A stretch of 64,000 nt of DNA, taken from NCBI GenBank assembly GCA_965246715.1, contig CBDFFH010000005.1, positions 96,001 to 160,000 of the forward strand. Direction: 5' to 3'. Positions 1 to 11,000 of the stretch are shown here, piece by piece. This stretch comes from Chamaesiphon sp. GTDB lineage: Bacteria; Cyanobacteriota; Cyanobacteriia; Cyanobacteriales; Chamaesiphonaceae. Position 1 is the stretch's first letter. Each line of letters starts with the position of its first letter. Made by a program: the position numbers and the translations under genes. The notes beneath the pieces were generated by a model that made no database searches, had not been told where the DNA came from, and saw nothing but the letters and a program-made list of their open reading frames with translations.

Positions 1-498
1 ATTGAGAAGTTTTCACCTAGTAACCTGAATGAAGGATTACTCGAAAATATGCTGATTTGGTTGCGGGATAAACGTTACAACTTTAAGCTTGAAAATCATC
101 GTAAGTACTGCAAACAAAGCCAAATCTTGCCAAGTGATGCAGCTAAAAATGTGGGTGATAATGAAGCAGGTACCTTCTTAGAATCATTTGCCGCTACTCC
201 GACAGCCAAATGGCGAAAATTCTTGGATGCCTGCTATCATGACGAGGACAATTCACTCAAACAACCATTCAGTAAAAAATTCCCTACTTTTAACTGCCAT
301 GTCTATTTAATGGTTGTAGAATTCCGTGAGCCAAGACCAGGGAATGTAGAGGAAGTTGCTGAAGTTCTGGCACATGAACACAAATTAAATATTCCCACAG
401 ATACGATCGGTCGTTTGGCACGAGAAAATTTCGTACCATTGCTCAAACAAAAATATCAAGACTTTCTTGATAATGATGGCGAATTAATTACCAATTAA
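1..498 (+). CDS. Cyanobacterial sigma-70-like/HetZ-like HTH protein, 5'-truncated by the window edge
   Basis: Frame is open from base 1 (IEKFSPSNL...). It resembles the 16826-17899 protein (KFSP motif; D..L..P...P.F block; C-terminal helix-turn-helix) and precedes a DUF1822-like gene, as that protein does. Confidence 0.55.
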   Translation: MEKFSPSNLNEGLLENMLIWLRDKRYNFKLENHRKYCKQSQILPSDAAKNVGDNEAGTFLESFAATPTAKWRKFLDACYHDEDNSLKQPFSKKFPTFNCHVYLMVVEFREPRPGNVEEVAEVLAHEHKLNIPTDTIGRLARENFVPLLKQKYQDFLDNDGELITN

Positions 499-553
499 TC
501 TAAATTAAACCCGATTTAATAGCAAGACCCTTCATTACTTCAAAATCTAAATC

Positions 554-1318
554 ATGACAAACATACATTCAATAGTTTTGGACACACCAAAACTTCCCCT
601 GAGCACCAAGGCTCACAATGAGGCGAAACAGGCGATCGAATCTATCTCAGATCCTCAGTTAAAGGATTCACTTTACTCCTCAATTCTAGCCGCCTATGGA
701 CTACACCGCTATTTCACGTTTATTGGTATCGATAGCGAAATAAAGATCGCCGAAACCGTCTTCATTCATCTACCCGAACTTGGTAATTTAGAATGCCAAA
801 TCGCCAGTCTCGAACAAATACAGCTAGATTTACCACCCAGCAAATTACCAAATCGGATCGGCTGTATCATCTTCAAATTCACTGAAGCAGATATAGACAT
901 CGAAGACTTAGCTGAAGTTGAAATCTTTGGATTTACCAAAGCAACTGCAACCACGATCGATCTTAGCTCACTCCTGACAACTGACGACCTTCTCATCTAT
1001 CTAGATGAATATGAAGTCGGCCTAACTCCAGCCTTAAAGCCCACGATCGATCGCATCCTCGAAATCATCCCTACTCTATGGGCGGGTGCGATTGTCAAGG
1101 CAAAAGCTGAAATATTAGCAAAGTATGAGGAATGGGAGGTAGTAACTGAATTTGCAATTTGGTTGCAGGACTGTTTACTAAATGGAGGTAATACTCTACA
1201 AGTTGCTACGGAAAATCGTGGAAAAAGAGGGGATGAAATAAAGCCAACTAATGATGAGGAAACCAACAAAAAAATTAACGAGCTAAATAGATTAGCTGAT
1301 GATTTGATGAAATCATAG
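554..1318 (+). CDS. DUF1822-like protein
   Basis: N-terminal pattern AHNEAKQ..LYSSILAAYGLHRYF..G.LEC..RIGCII..EIFGF parallels the paralog at 15975-16820. Confidence 0.6.
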   Translation: MTNIHSIVLDTPKLPLSTKAHNEAKQAIESISDPQLKDSLYSSILAAYGLHRYFTFIGIDSEIKIAETVFIHLPELGNLECQIASLEQIQLDLPPSKLPNRIGCIIFKFTEADIDIEDLAEVEIFGFTKATATTIDLSSLLTTDDLLIYLDEYEVGLTPALKPTIDRILEIIPTLWAGAIVKAKAEILAKYEEWEVVTEFAIWLQDCLLNGGNTLQVATENRGKRGDEIKPTNDEETNKKINELNRLADDLMKS

Positions 1319-1414
1319 CGATCCTGAGATTAACTCAATTAATCTTGTAGAACATTTTTCTTTAAACGCATCACCTCGATCGTGGTGCGCTTTATGTATT
1401 CAGCCATCGCCAAA

Positions 1415-2044
1415 TCAAAACAAACCGTAATCATAACAGGTTAATATCTCTGCCAATAACTTCGGATTAGATTCGAGTAAATTACCCAAATTCTGTTCCT
1501 GTAGCGCATCCGCACATCGATCGAATATCCCATAGCAATATCGCTCATCATCATGACGCGATCGATACCTAATGCCATCTACCGCTTGGGGATGGTCGTA
1601 AATTGCCTGTGCCCATTGCCGAGCAGCAACATAAGAACCCGATGAAAGTCTGGCATCAGCACCCATTTTCACCAAACCATTCCCCGTCACATCCGCAAAT
1701 ACTAGCTCTCGTTGACTGTCGATCGTAAATAAATTGCGCTGTCTCAGTACTATCTCCGAGACACCTTTCGCCCCATGAGTCCGCCCATAGCATTCGATCC
1801 AACTCGCATAGACATCTGCACCTACATACAAAATCCCATAGCCCTGGGCTGGGCTATCGAATCTACCCGATCCAGATCGATCGAAATAAAGGCTAGAAGG
1901 GAAGTCTCGATCATTTAATCGATACCAAGTCCCCTTGCTGCTCACAGTTGGTAATTCCCTACTCCTAAAATCCGCTGGTGGCGACGGATGCGGAATTAGG
2001 GGATCTTCAGGCGGGGTTGGGTTTACCATAGCAAGCAGCAGCAT
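1415..2044 (-). CDS. RES-domain toxin (NAD+ phosphorylase family)
   Basis: WYR...GRFD...YGILY...E...GIRYRSRHD motifs (R-E-S); overlaps the upstream antitoxin. Start may be the ATG at 2029. Confidence 0.85.
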   Translation of the reverse strand: MLLLAMVNPTPPEDPLIPHPSPPADFRSRELPTVSSKGTWYRLNDRDFPSSLYFDRSGSGRFDSPAQGYGILYVGADVYASWIECYGRTHGAKGVSEIVLRQRNLFTIDSQRELVFADVTGNGLVKMGADARLSSGSYVAARQWAQAIYDHPQAVDGIRYRSRHDDERYCYGIFDRCADALQEQNLGNLLESNPKLLAEILTCYDYGLF

Positions 2045-2693
2045 TAACTACGGCATCGATATCTCCAGCAACAAGGCATTCTAAAGGCGTGCGATCGTCT
2101 AACCGCAAATCTCCAGTTTTCATAAACATTAGCTGTGTCCAACCATCGAATTTAGCCAAGGCTGATAGGATTCGATCGAGTCCTGTCAATACCGCTCCAT
2201 CTTGAAACTGCCAGAGTGGATAGAAGTAGCCACGTTTTCCCAGCGAAACAGCTAAAAGCTGTCCCTTACTCCGCCGTTTATCGACAGCCTGACGAGAAAT
2301 CCCCAGTAGTTGAGCAACTTCTTCACTCCGTAGGGGTTGACCATCGCTGGATAATAGATCCTGCTTGACTATCATCCCTCTCAGCCGCGCACCTGCTAGC
2401 GGATCGATCGGTGCAAGTTCGGCTAATAGTTCCGGTGATGTCAACGCCGCGATCGTCTGCGCCAAACTACTAGAGTGGGGCTTTGCAGTAACATTACTGG
2501 CATGAGTGGCGGCTAGAGCCACATCTACGATCGACTGCCAATATTGTGCCAAGTTGCTGTGATGCTTGGATTCGCGTAATGCGGTCGCTAACGCATCTCT
2601 AAACTGGGGTGAAGTATCGAGTAAATTGGCAATCAGTACTCGATCGCTGGGGGTGGAGGTTTGCACCCGTTCGATTAGGGCTTCTGCGCTCAT
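2007..2693 (-). CDS. Antitoxin of the RES TA pair (HTH plus Xre/MbcA/ParS-like C-terminus)
   Basis: HTH 'SEEVAQLLGISRQAVDKRR', 'YPLWQF', 'LDDRTPLECL..GDID.V'; directly upstream of and overlapping the RES gene. Confidence 0.8.
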   Translation of the reverse strand: MSAEALIERVQTSTPSDRVLIANLLDTSPQFRDALATALRESKHHSNLAQYWQSIVDVALAATHASNVTAKPHSSSLAQTIAALTSPELLAELAPIDPLAGARLRGMIVKQDLLSSDGQPLRSEEVAQLLGISRQAVDKRRSKGQLLAVSLGKRGYFYPLWQFQDGAVLTGLDRILSALAKFDGWTQLMFMKTGDLRLDDRTPLECLVAGDIDAVVNAAACYGKPNPA

Positions 2694-2718
2694 AAGTTAA
2701 ACTCACAACTAAGTTTGA

Positions 2719-2744
2719 TTGACTAAGTTGCACAACTTAGTCAA
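2719..2744. promoter_or_regulatory. Palindromic operator upstream of the RES TA operon
   Basis: Perfect inverted repeat TTGACTAAGTTG-CA-CAACTTAGTCAA, 25 bp upstream of the antitoxin start. Confidence 0.6.
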
Positions 2745-2860
2745 CTTATTTCTAGTCTAACCTTCTTTATCGGCGATCGTTATGAAATTTTGGCAAAATT
2801 TAAACGACCATTGATAAATCTCAACACAGCAATTGCACTACACTCGAATTCACATGATGA

Positions 2861-5815
2861 TTAAGCCATCCCTTGACAGATGAAGCCAGCCCAATAGAAG
2901 GGCGATTCAAAGGGTCGATCCATCGTGCAGTAGCGTTGTAATGTTGCTGGTATGGACTCGATCGATTTAATTTGTTGAGTCAGGTTCTTCATCGTCTGAG
3001 CGATATCCTGCCATTCTTGCGATCGATCGTCCAGAGTCGATTTTTGTTGGTAAAGTTCTTTCCTGTGATGCGTGAGCGTGGCTATCTCTTGAGCGACATG
3101 TTCGATTAGTTGTGGATAGTGACTAATCTTAAATTCTTCCCCCGTCAGATTCAGCAGTCGGAGTTGGGCGGACTGGAGAGAGATTGCGCGATTGAAACCA
3201 TCTCGCCGCTCTTGGTGATAAAAGATATCAAACAGGGCAGTTACTAAATCATCGACACTCCAAAGTGTGCTTATTACGCTCCTAGCACCAATACACAAAA
3301 ATCCAGTACTTAGGGTCACTACATCATCAGTGAAAGTAAATTGACCCAAGTGCGTTTCACATGCTGAGAGAAATACTTCATCTAGCTCTGGATATCTTTT
3401 GCCGATCAGTAAATCGCCTAATGTAATTTTGCCATCTGCCAGAATAAGTGCCGATTCTAAAGGATTATCTAAGCGTGAGATTGCATGATGGCTGGAGTGG
3501 AGGCGGTTGACTCTGGAAAGAATATCTCGATAGTTTGCGATAGTGGCTTGGGTGGAGCCTCGTAGACGGTTAATATTGGACACATCATAAAGTGCGGCGA
3601 TTTGTTCGCCTTCATACCGCGCTCCTAGCAGATTATCATTAGCATCCTCGACAATGCCTTGAACACTTCCGCTAACTACAGGTCGCTGCTGGCAGTATTG
3701 TAAAATTTGGCAACTAGGGACAGAACGAATAGTAAATCTTTCCCCTAACAACACTCCATCACATATCGGTAAAGCCGCAAAGGGAATTTGATGTAATAGT
3801 AAGTGTGGCACCAGAACTATTTCATGGATGTCACTAGAGAGAATTTCAAATAGTTGGTTGAGTTGTAAACGATCAGCGATCTCAGCCAATACCTTTGGCA
3901 TCTGGACTCGCCATCCAGAACTGTCTAAGTTGTTGTAGGGTTTAAACCAATTTTCAATCAGCCATTGCTGAAATTCATGCCAGCCTTGACTAGGGCATGT
4001 GAGTAACTGTGGTTCTTGGTTTTGCTTCAGGATGAAGATATGAGTATCATCATCAGTGCTATAGAAAATCAAAATTGCAGTTTGGGAATTGGTAATTAGC
4101 TTCTGGATAGCAGCAAATTCGATTTGTTCTACTGCAATTTGTCCAGCAATAGCCGGATCGAAAGCACGAATTTTGAGATATAGCTCTCTTTTTTGTGCTT
4201 CTAAAGCCAGAATTGCGACGTTATCATGACTGAGGCTGACAGCATTACGTGTAGATATGATGCCATCACCTTCGAGGCTACCATGCTCGGACAGTTGTTG
4301 AATCTGGTGGCTGAGTTGTTCGTATTCGGCTAGATACTTCTGGATCTCTGCGGGAATTTCGGTATCAGGATAGACATCTTTGGTGCCTATTAGATCGACT
4401 AGTTGGCGACTGCGGATGCGCTCAGTGTATTCGATCGCTTTTCTGTAGTCATTTATTTTGATAGCGCACTGGATCGCGTTTTCATAGACGGAGATTGCAT
4501 CTTTAAGCAGTTGTTGGCGATTTTGTTCATTTGCAACCCAAGTACGAGAGGTTTCAACGGCTTGCATGGCGATTTCGTAGACATCGATAGCTTTTTGCCA
4601 GTTTCCTTGGATAAAGTGAACGTTACCCAAATTTCGAGCAGATTGTAGGCAGTCGCTAGGCAAAGATTGAGGGGTTCTTACTTCTAAGGAAGAGCCATAG
4701 CAGTCAATCGACATTTCCAGATTCTTAGATCTGTCACCCTGCATTCTCTGACTGTAAGCATTAGCAAGATTATTTTGCGTCATCGCCCATTGAACGGGGA
4801 AATCCCACTTGGTATAAACCGCTAGTGCCGATTCATAGCTCAAGATCGCCCGTTCCAAATTCTCGGCTTTGTCCCCCGCAATCCGGTTTAGGTATGAATT
4901 TGCAATATTGTTTTGAGTTATCGCCCATTGAACGGGGAAATCAGCACGATTTCTTACCTCTAGTGATAATTGATAGCTCAAAATCGCCCGTTCCAAATTC
5001 TCGGCTCTATCTCCCCGAATCCTGTCACTGTAAGCATTAGCAAGATTATTTTGTGTCATCGCCCATTGAACGGAGAAATCCCACTTGGTATAAACTGCTA
5101 GTGCCGATTCATAGCTCAAAATCGCCCGTTCCAAATTCTCGGCTCTGTCCCCCCAAATCCTGTCTTTGTATACATTAGCGAGATTATTTTGTGTCATCGC
5201 CCATTGTTTGGGGAAACATTCTTTAGTGTAAATCTCCGAGGCTGATTTATAGCAAGCGATCGACATTTCCAAATTCTCAGATCTATCTCCCAGAATCCTG
5301 TCACTGTAAGCATTAGCAAGATTATTTTGTGTCATCGCCCATTGTTTGGGAAAACATTCTTTAGTGTAAATCTCCGAGGCTGATTCATAGCAAACGATCG
5401 ACTTTTCCAAATTCTCGGCTTTGTCACCCCGAATCCTTTCACTATAGGCAATAGCAAGACTATTTTGAATTGAAGCCCATGTTTCAGGAACTTCATGAAT
5501 CGTCAGTACTTGAACTGCTAGATTGTAACAAGAGATCGACAATTCCATATTCACAGCCCTATTCCCCAATGGGAATTCCTGAATTAAGTTGCCAAATTCA
5601 CCAATAATCATGGCTATAAACCTCTGTTCTTCTCTCTCGATTGCTGCGAACCGATCGACCGTAAAAGTCTCCAGCACTGCTATCATTTCATCGTCTAATA
5701 GTGCTAAGTTTTCACGCAGTAGTGAATGAATAATCTGATAATCTCCATTAATATCAGTGATTAGCTGTAATACCTCAAGCAAAAAATGTAACTGTTCTGG
5801 TTGGAATCTACTCAC
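2861..5815 (-). CDS. TPR-CHAT caspase-like protease (1)
   Basis: 46-aa TPR repeats (WAMTQNNLANAY...); CHAT dyad LHSSHHA / FLSACET; C-terminal FYWAGF. Confidence 0.9.
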   Translation of the reverse strand: MSRFQPEQLHFLLEVLQLITDINGDYQIIHSLLRENLALLDDEMIAVLETFTVDRFAAIEREEQRFIAMIIGEFGNLIQEFPLGNRAVNMELSISCYNLAVQVLTIHEVPETWASIQNSLAIAYSERIRGDKAENLEKSIVCYESASEIYTKECFPKQWAMTQNNLANAYSDRILGDRSENLEMSIACYKSASEIYTKECFPKQWAMTQNNLANVYKDRIWGDRAENLERAILSYESALAVYTKWDFSVQWAMTQNNLANAYSDRIRGDRAENLERAILSYQLSLEVRNRADFPVQWAITQNNIANSYLNRIAGDKAENLERAILSYESALAVYTKWDFPVQWAMTQNNLANAYSQRMQGDRSKNLEMSIDCYGSSLEVRTPQSLPSDCLQSARNLGNVHFIQGNWQKAIDVYEIAMQAVETSRTWVANEQNRQQLLKDAISVYENAIQCAIKINDYRKAIEYTERIRSRQLVDLIGTKDVYPDTEIPAEIQKYLAEYEQLSHQIQQLSEHGSLEGDGIISTRNAVSLSHDNVAILALEAQKRELYLKIRAFDPAIAGQIAVEQIEFAAIQKLITNSQTAILIFYSTDDDTHIFILKQNQEPQLLTCPSQGWHEFQQWLIENWFKPYNNLDSSGWRVQMPKVLAEIADRLQLNQLFEILSSDIHEIVLVPHLLLHQIPFAALPICDGVLLGERFTIRSVPSCQILQYCQQRPVVSGSVQGIVEDANDNLLGARYEGEQIAALYDVSNINRLRGSTQATIANYRDILSRVNRLHSSHHAISRLDNPLESALILADGKITLGDLLIGKRYPELDEVFLSACETHLGQFTFTDDVVTLSTGFLCIGARSVISTLWSVDDLVTALFDIFYHQERRDGFNRAISLQSAQLRLLNLTGEEFKISHYPQLIEHVAQEIATLTHHRKELYQQKSTLDDRSQEWQDIAQTMKNLTQQIKSIESIPATLQRYCTMDRPFESPFYWAGFICQGMA
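4690..5480 (-). repeat. 138-bp tandem coding repeats (TPR units)
   Basis: gtcatcgcccattg recurs at 5055 and 5193 (138-bp period); about 6 units; boundaries approximate. Confidence 0.8.
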
Positions 5816-5896
5816 GATCTAAAATTATGAAAATCACATGCAGCACAAGCATCTATTGAGCCAAAGAAACTTGAGTGGAAGCATTTCACGATCTAA

Positions 5897-6000
5897 CTAT
5901 AGCAATCCTAAATGATTCATGAGATTTATTATTCGGTGCGTTACGCTATCGCGATAACACACACTACGATCTTCTTACAAATCAAATAGGACTGCTATAG
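5897..6000. mobile_element. MITE-like element (~104 bp) with an internal REP-like hairpin
   Basis: Imperfect terminal inverted repeats ctatagcaatcctaaatga ... tcaaataggactgctatag; no ORF inside. Confidence 0.6.
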
Positions 6001-6780
6001 ATAAATCTGTATGATTAAATCAAGCCCAGAACATACGCAGAGTATCAAGACGATTGAATACAAGGACAGGAATTCCTTGATTAAAGTTTCATGCTCTTTT
6101 GTTATATTTTTAAGATCTCTATATGAAATATTCATCTTTTCGATAATCTCTTTTCTGTTATGTCCTGTCAAGAACATTTGTAAGATACTAGCCAATTTGA
6201 CATCCGGTCTCGCTCCCATAGAGATCGAGCCAAAAATAGACTCCAGGTCATTATATAATTCTTCTTCACGCTCCGATGTTTTATCTGCGAGGGAATTGAG
6301 ACGGGTTAAACCTTCACAAACATCTAAGTCTAGCGATTCCGTCGTTAATACCTTTTTAAACGAGTCATCTACTTTACGCCGACGAATATTCAAATACTTT
6401 TCTTGAGCATCTTGACTTACCCCTGCTCGACTTTTATTAAATAAATGCTTGAGGTTACGTTTTTCCACTGAACTCTCAGCACGAATAGCATTCCAAATTC
6501 TGCCATCCATCATAGAAATCGACTCGTTAACTGTTTCATTTCTGAGACTACCATCTAGTCCATATGGATTCGGATACTTGGACTTGTCAGCAATCTCTGG
6601 TAAATTTTCCCGACGGAGCCGCTCATATCCCTGATCGATAGCACGAGTAATTTGCTGATGCTGTAGTGAATGCAGATCTTCCTGGGTTCTTTGAAGATCG
6701 AGTGCCGCTAGATATTTTTGCCGTTCCTCAATAGTCTCAGGGAATTCTGGGATATTGGGTGTTGTCATAGTATCCTCCAA
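5995..6780 (-). CDS. Hypothetical protein with a C-terminal sigma region 4-like HTH
   Basis: 261-aa ORF; 'ILQMFLTGHNRKEIIEKMNIS' resembles a sigma4/LuxR HTH. The stop codon lies inside the MITE end. Confidence 0.45.
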   Translation of the reverse strand: MEDTMTTPNIPEFPETIEERQKYLAALDLQRTQEDLHSLQHQQITRAIDQGYERLRRENLPEIADKSKYPNPYGLDGSLRNETVNESISMMDGRIWNAIRAESSVEKRNLKHLFNKSRAGVSQDAQEKYLNIRRRKVDDSFKKVLTTESLDLDVCEGLTRLNSLADKTSEREEELYNDLESIFGSISMGARPDVKLASILQMFLTGHNRKEIIEKMNISYRDLKNITKEHETLIKEFLSLYSIVLILCVCSGLDLIIQIYL

Positions 6781-6902
6781 GAAGTGTTGATAACTGTTGC
6801 CTTACAGATGTATCGGAAGCTAGCCTCTTAAATTAGCTAAATCTCAGAAAATTTATTTCAAAGTTGGTTGTCGTCTTTCCGAATTGTGAAGACAAGGTAC
6901 TG

Positions 6903-7553
6903 TTATCTCAGAGAATAGAACTTCTTGTATTTTGAGCAACTCTTATCAACCTCTCGTTGTGGGGGGACAAAAGACTCCACGATCGAGATAGATTCATTAA
7001 TCACCTCAGAAATATGTCCTGATGCTAAGTTATTCCATCCCTTTCCTTTTGCGGAGATCGATGACAGCTTCGATCTGCTCGAAACTATATATCTTGCTGT
7101 CGCAATGTCAGCTAATTCCCAATTGCGAGTTCCTAACTGTAATACAGCTTTACTAATCGTCATATCCAGTGCAGACATTACCTCTTGAAGCCGATCGAAT
7201 CCGACTGCGCGGTAATGATTGGCTTCATACTTTTGAATCTGCTGCTCTTGAACTCCGATTTTGTCCGCCAGTTCCTTCTGAGTCATTCCCGCCGCAATTC
7301 TGGCTTCGATCATTACACGTGGGAGATCTCCCAGAGATTCGATCGGAAACTTGGTAATCTGGCCGCTCTTGAGCCGATCATACTCCGCGATTTCCTGCTC
7401 TAATTCCCCAATTAAGATGTTTAAGCTGTTCTTCCGTGCCAGCATCAGTCGAGGATGCAAGTCAGAGTCTGGAGCATCTAGAGCCGATAGGTCGAGCTTG
7501 AGGTTTCTTAATTTAGTCTGAGTGATTTTATATTGACGTTCATTTTGAATCAT
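6903..7553 (-). CDS. XRE-family HTH regulator / antitoxin
   Basis: MIQNERQY..T N-terminus and 'ARIAAGMTQKELADKIGVQEQQIQKYE' HTH; co-oriented behind the nucleotidyltransferase-like gene. Confidence 0.8.
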   Translation of the reverse strand: MIQNERQYKITQTKLRNLKLDLSALDAPDSDLHPRLMLARKNSLNILIGELEQEIAEYDRLKSGQITKFPIESLGDLPRVMIEARIAAGMTQKELADKIGVQEQQIQKYEANHYRAVGFDRLQEVMSALDMTISKAVLQLGTRNWELADIATARYIVSSRSKLSSISAKGKGWNNLASGHISEVINESISIVESFVPPQREVDKSCSKYKKFYSLR

Positions 7554-7563
7554 AGTCTGTGCC

Positions 7564-7977
7564 TCACTGAGTAATGAATTCTTTGGGATCTAAGGCAATT
7601 ACCCCTTTGGGATTACCTTCTCGATCGGTTCGGAAGAAGCCCTCGTAACTTGGTAGATCGAACAGTCTGCCGCCAAATACGATTTGTTGGTCGTTAGCAT
7701 TTTCAACAAACAGAGAATCGAGAGTGTTTGGATCGAGTCCAAAATCGTCATACCAGCCGTCAAAATCATTAGGTTGCTCTTTTGTGGTGACAAAGCTGCC
7801 CCCAAGGATGACCCGCCGACAGCCAGCTATCCCAAGTTTACGCAAAGCAGCCGCTAGACCCGTGGCTAATCTCTGTCGGTGGCGGTTGATGACAAATCTT
7901 TCCATGAATTCTTGCCAGCTAGCTTCATAAACGCCTGGTGGGAGGTATCCTAAGTCGTTGAATTCTGGAATGGACAT
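7564..7977 (-). CDS. DUF6932-like minimal nucleotidyltransferase (putative toxin)
   Basis: 'IP.F...G.LPPG' start, GGSFVT..PNDFD (GS...DxD) motif, 'KG.I.L' end. Confidence 0.75.
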   Translation of the reverse strand: MSIPEFNDLGYLPPGVYEASWQEFMERFVINRHRQRLATGLAAALRKLGIAGCRRVILGGSFVTTKEQPNDFDGWYDDFGLDPNTLDSLFVENANDQQIVFGGRLFDLPSYEGFFRTDREGNPKGVIALDPKEFITQ

Positions 7978-8058
7978 TAGAACAACTTAGGGTAAAAATT
8001 GTGTCAACCATAATTTAACACAATTTCTAGATTGGGTTCATGAAAGATCGTAGTTGTT

Positions 8059-11000
8059 TTATGCCATGCCCTGGCAGATAAAGCCAGCCCAATAGAAGGA
8101 GGATTCAAATGGTCGATCCATCGTGCAGTAGCCTTCTAATATTTCTGGTATGGACTCGATCGATTTAATTTTCTGAGTGAGACTCTTCATCGTCTCTGCT
8201 AGCTCTTGCCATTCCTCTGTTTGGTTACTCAGCGTAGATTGTTGCTGGTAAAGTTTTTTTATTTGCTGCTTGAGTGCAGCGATTCTCGCAGAGCTATCAG
8301 CGTTGACATGCTCGATCAGCTTAGGAAAATGATAAAGCTTAAACTCTTCACCAGTAAGATTCCGCAGTCTGTTCTGAGCCGATTGCAAAGATCGAGCGCG
8401 ATCGAGTCCATCTCGTCGTGCTTCGTGATAAAAGATATCAAACAGCGCAGTTACCAAGTCATCGACGCTCCACAGCGTACTTTGGACGCTCCTGGCACCG
8501 ATGCACAAGAAGCCAGTGGTGAGGGTAGCAACATCATCGGTGAAGGTGAATTTGCCCAAATGGGTTTCACAAGCCGAGAGGAAGATTTCATCGAGGTTTG
8601 GGTATTTCTCGCCCATCAACAGATCGCCGAGGGTGATTTTGCCGTCAGCCAGAAATAATGCTGATTCCAAGGGATTTTCTAGGTTGGAACTAGCATGGTG
8701 GCTGGAGTGGAGACGATTGACACGACTCAGGAGTTGACGGTAGTTAGCGATCGTTGCTTGACTCTTACCACGCAGTCGATCGATCTCCAATACGCCATGA
8801 ATTTCGGCAATCTTTTGACCTTCATATCGCGCTCCTAGCAAACTATCATCCGCATCTTCAACGATCCCTTGAGTGCTAGTCAGAATCGGAGATCGATCTT
8901 GGCAGTATTTCAAAATCTGACAACTGGGGATCGATCGGATGGTGAATTTTTCACCGAGTAATTCTTCAGAGTTGCCTGTAGGTAAAGCGGCGAAGGGGAT
9001 TTGGTGGAGGAGCAAATGCGGTACCAAAACTAGTTCTTGGATGTCGCTGAGGTGGTCAGCAATAAGTTGGGGGAGTTGCAGCCGTTCGGCGATCTCTGCG
9101 AGTACTGATGGCATTCGATCGCGCCATGCAGAATTATCTTCTTGTTTGTATGGGTTGAGCCAATTTTCAATCAGCCATTTCTGAAATTCATTCCAGCCTT
9201 GTCCGGTGCAGGTGAATAGCTCCGGCTCTTGGTTTTGCTTGAGGATAAAGATGTGGGTATGGTCGTTGGTGCTATAGCAGGTCAGGATCGCGGTGTGGGC
9301 GTTGGTAATCAGCTTTTGAATCTCGCTGTGGGAAATGGGTGCGATCGCAATCTGTCCGGCAAGTACGGGGTCGTGGGTGCGGATTTTGTCGTAGAGAATT
9401 TGTTTGCGATCGGCTAGGGAATTGATTTTCTCGTTATCTGCTCGTAAGGTTTGGCTATCTCGGCTAGTTTTGGTAGCGGACATGGTTCGATCGCCACCTT
9501 CTCGGAGGTTCTCGATGTCCTCGTTGAGTTGTCGGTATTCGGTCAAATAAGCTTGAATCTCAGCGGGGACTTGGGCATCACCATACAAGTCTTTACTAGC
9601 CATTAGTTCAACGAGTTGACGGCTACGAACGCGCTCGGTGTATTCGATCGCGCTTCGATAGTCTTTCAGGTTAATGGCGCACTGAATAGCATTTTCATAC
9701 ACACTGAGAGCTGTTTGCAAGACACGCTGGCGTTCGGTGTCATTTACCGACCAACTGCGGGATGTTTCAGCGGATTGCATAGCGATTTTATAAGCTTCGA
9801 TTGCTTTTTGCCAATGCTCTTGTTTTAAATAAATATTTCCTATTCCTCTATTAGCTTTTATTACATTTATAGGTAAGGTTTCGGGGGTGAAGATCTCTAG
9901 TGCTTTCAAATAATGCTCGATCGCCAAATCATTTTGCCCTTTTTCTAAGTAGAAAATTGCTATATTTTCTTGAGTTCCTGCCCACTCTATTGGGAAATTT
10001 TCTTTCGTTCTTATTTCTAACGCCGCTTCATAGCAACCGATCGATTTTTCCAAATTTTCAGCCTTATGCCCTTCTATTCTTTCACCATAAACATTTGCCA
10101 GGTTGTTTTGGGTTGTTGCCCATTGTATTGGGAAATTTCCTTTCGTTCTTATTTCTAATGCCGCTTCGTAGCAGACAATCGCTTTCTCCATATTCTCTGA
10201 CTTGTCACCTTTGATTCTGTTTTTATATGAAACAGCCAAATTATTTTGGGTTGTTGCCCACTGTATTGGAAAATCTTCCTTCTTGTATATCTCCAGTGCC
10301 GCTTCATAGCACGCAATCGCTTTTTCTATATTCTCTGCTTTATCTCCTTTGATTCTGTCACTCCATGAACCAGCCAAGTTATTTTTAGTCCCTGCCCACT
10401 GTATGGGAAAATCCTCTTTTGTCCTTATCGACAGTGCCGCTTCGTAGCAAGAGATCGCTTTTTCTATATTCTCTGCTTTATCCCCTTTGATCCTGTTTTT
10501 ATATGAAACAGCCAAGTTGTTTTGAGTTGTTGCCCACTGTATTGGGAAATCTTCCTTCTTACATATCTCCAGTGCCGCTTCATAGCAAGAGATAGCTTTC
10601 TCTATATTTTCTGCTTTATCCCATTTAATTCTGTCACTGTATGCCGCAGCTAGGTTGTTTTGAGTCCCTGCCCATTGTATTGGAAAATCTTCTTTCTTCC
10701 TGATTGACAGTGCCGCTTCATAGAAAGAGATAGCTTTCTCTATATTTTCTGCTTTATCCCCTTTAATTCTGTCACTGTATGCCGCAGCTAGGTTATTTTG
10801 GGTTTGTGCCCACTTCTGAGAATGATTCTCTCTTGTTCTAACCGTTAAAACCGCCACCAAACCCGCTATCACAATCTCCATATTCTGAGCGCGATTTCCC
10901 AGCGGAAACTCATAAAGCCTAATCACTATATTTTCAATCAATGCCACAAAACCTTCTGCATCTTGTGGCTGAGTGGCTACAATCTGCTCTATGTAGATTT

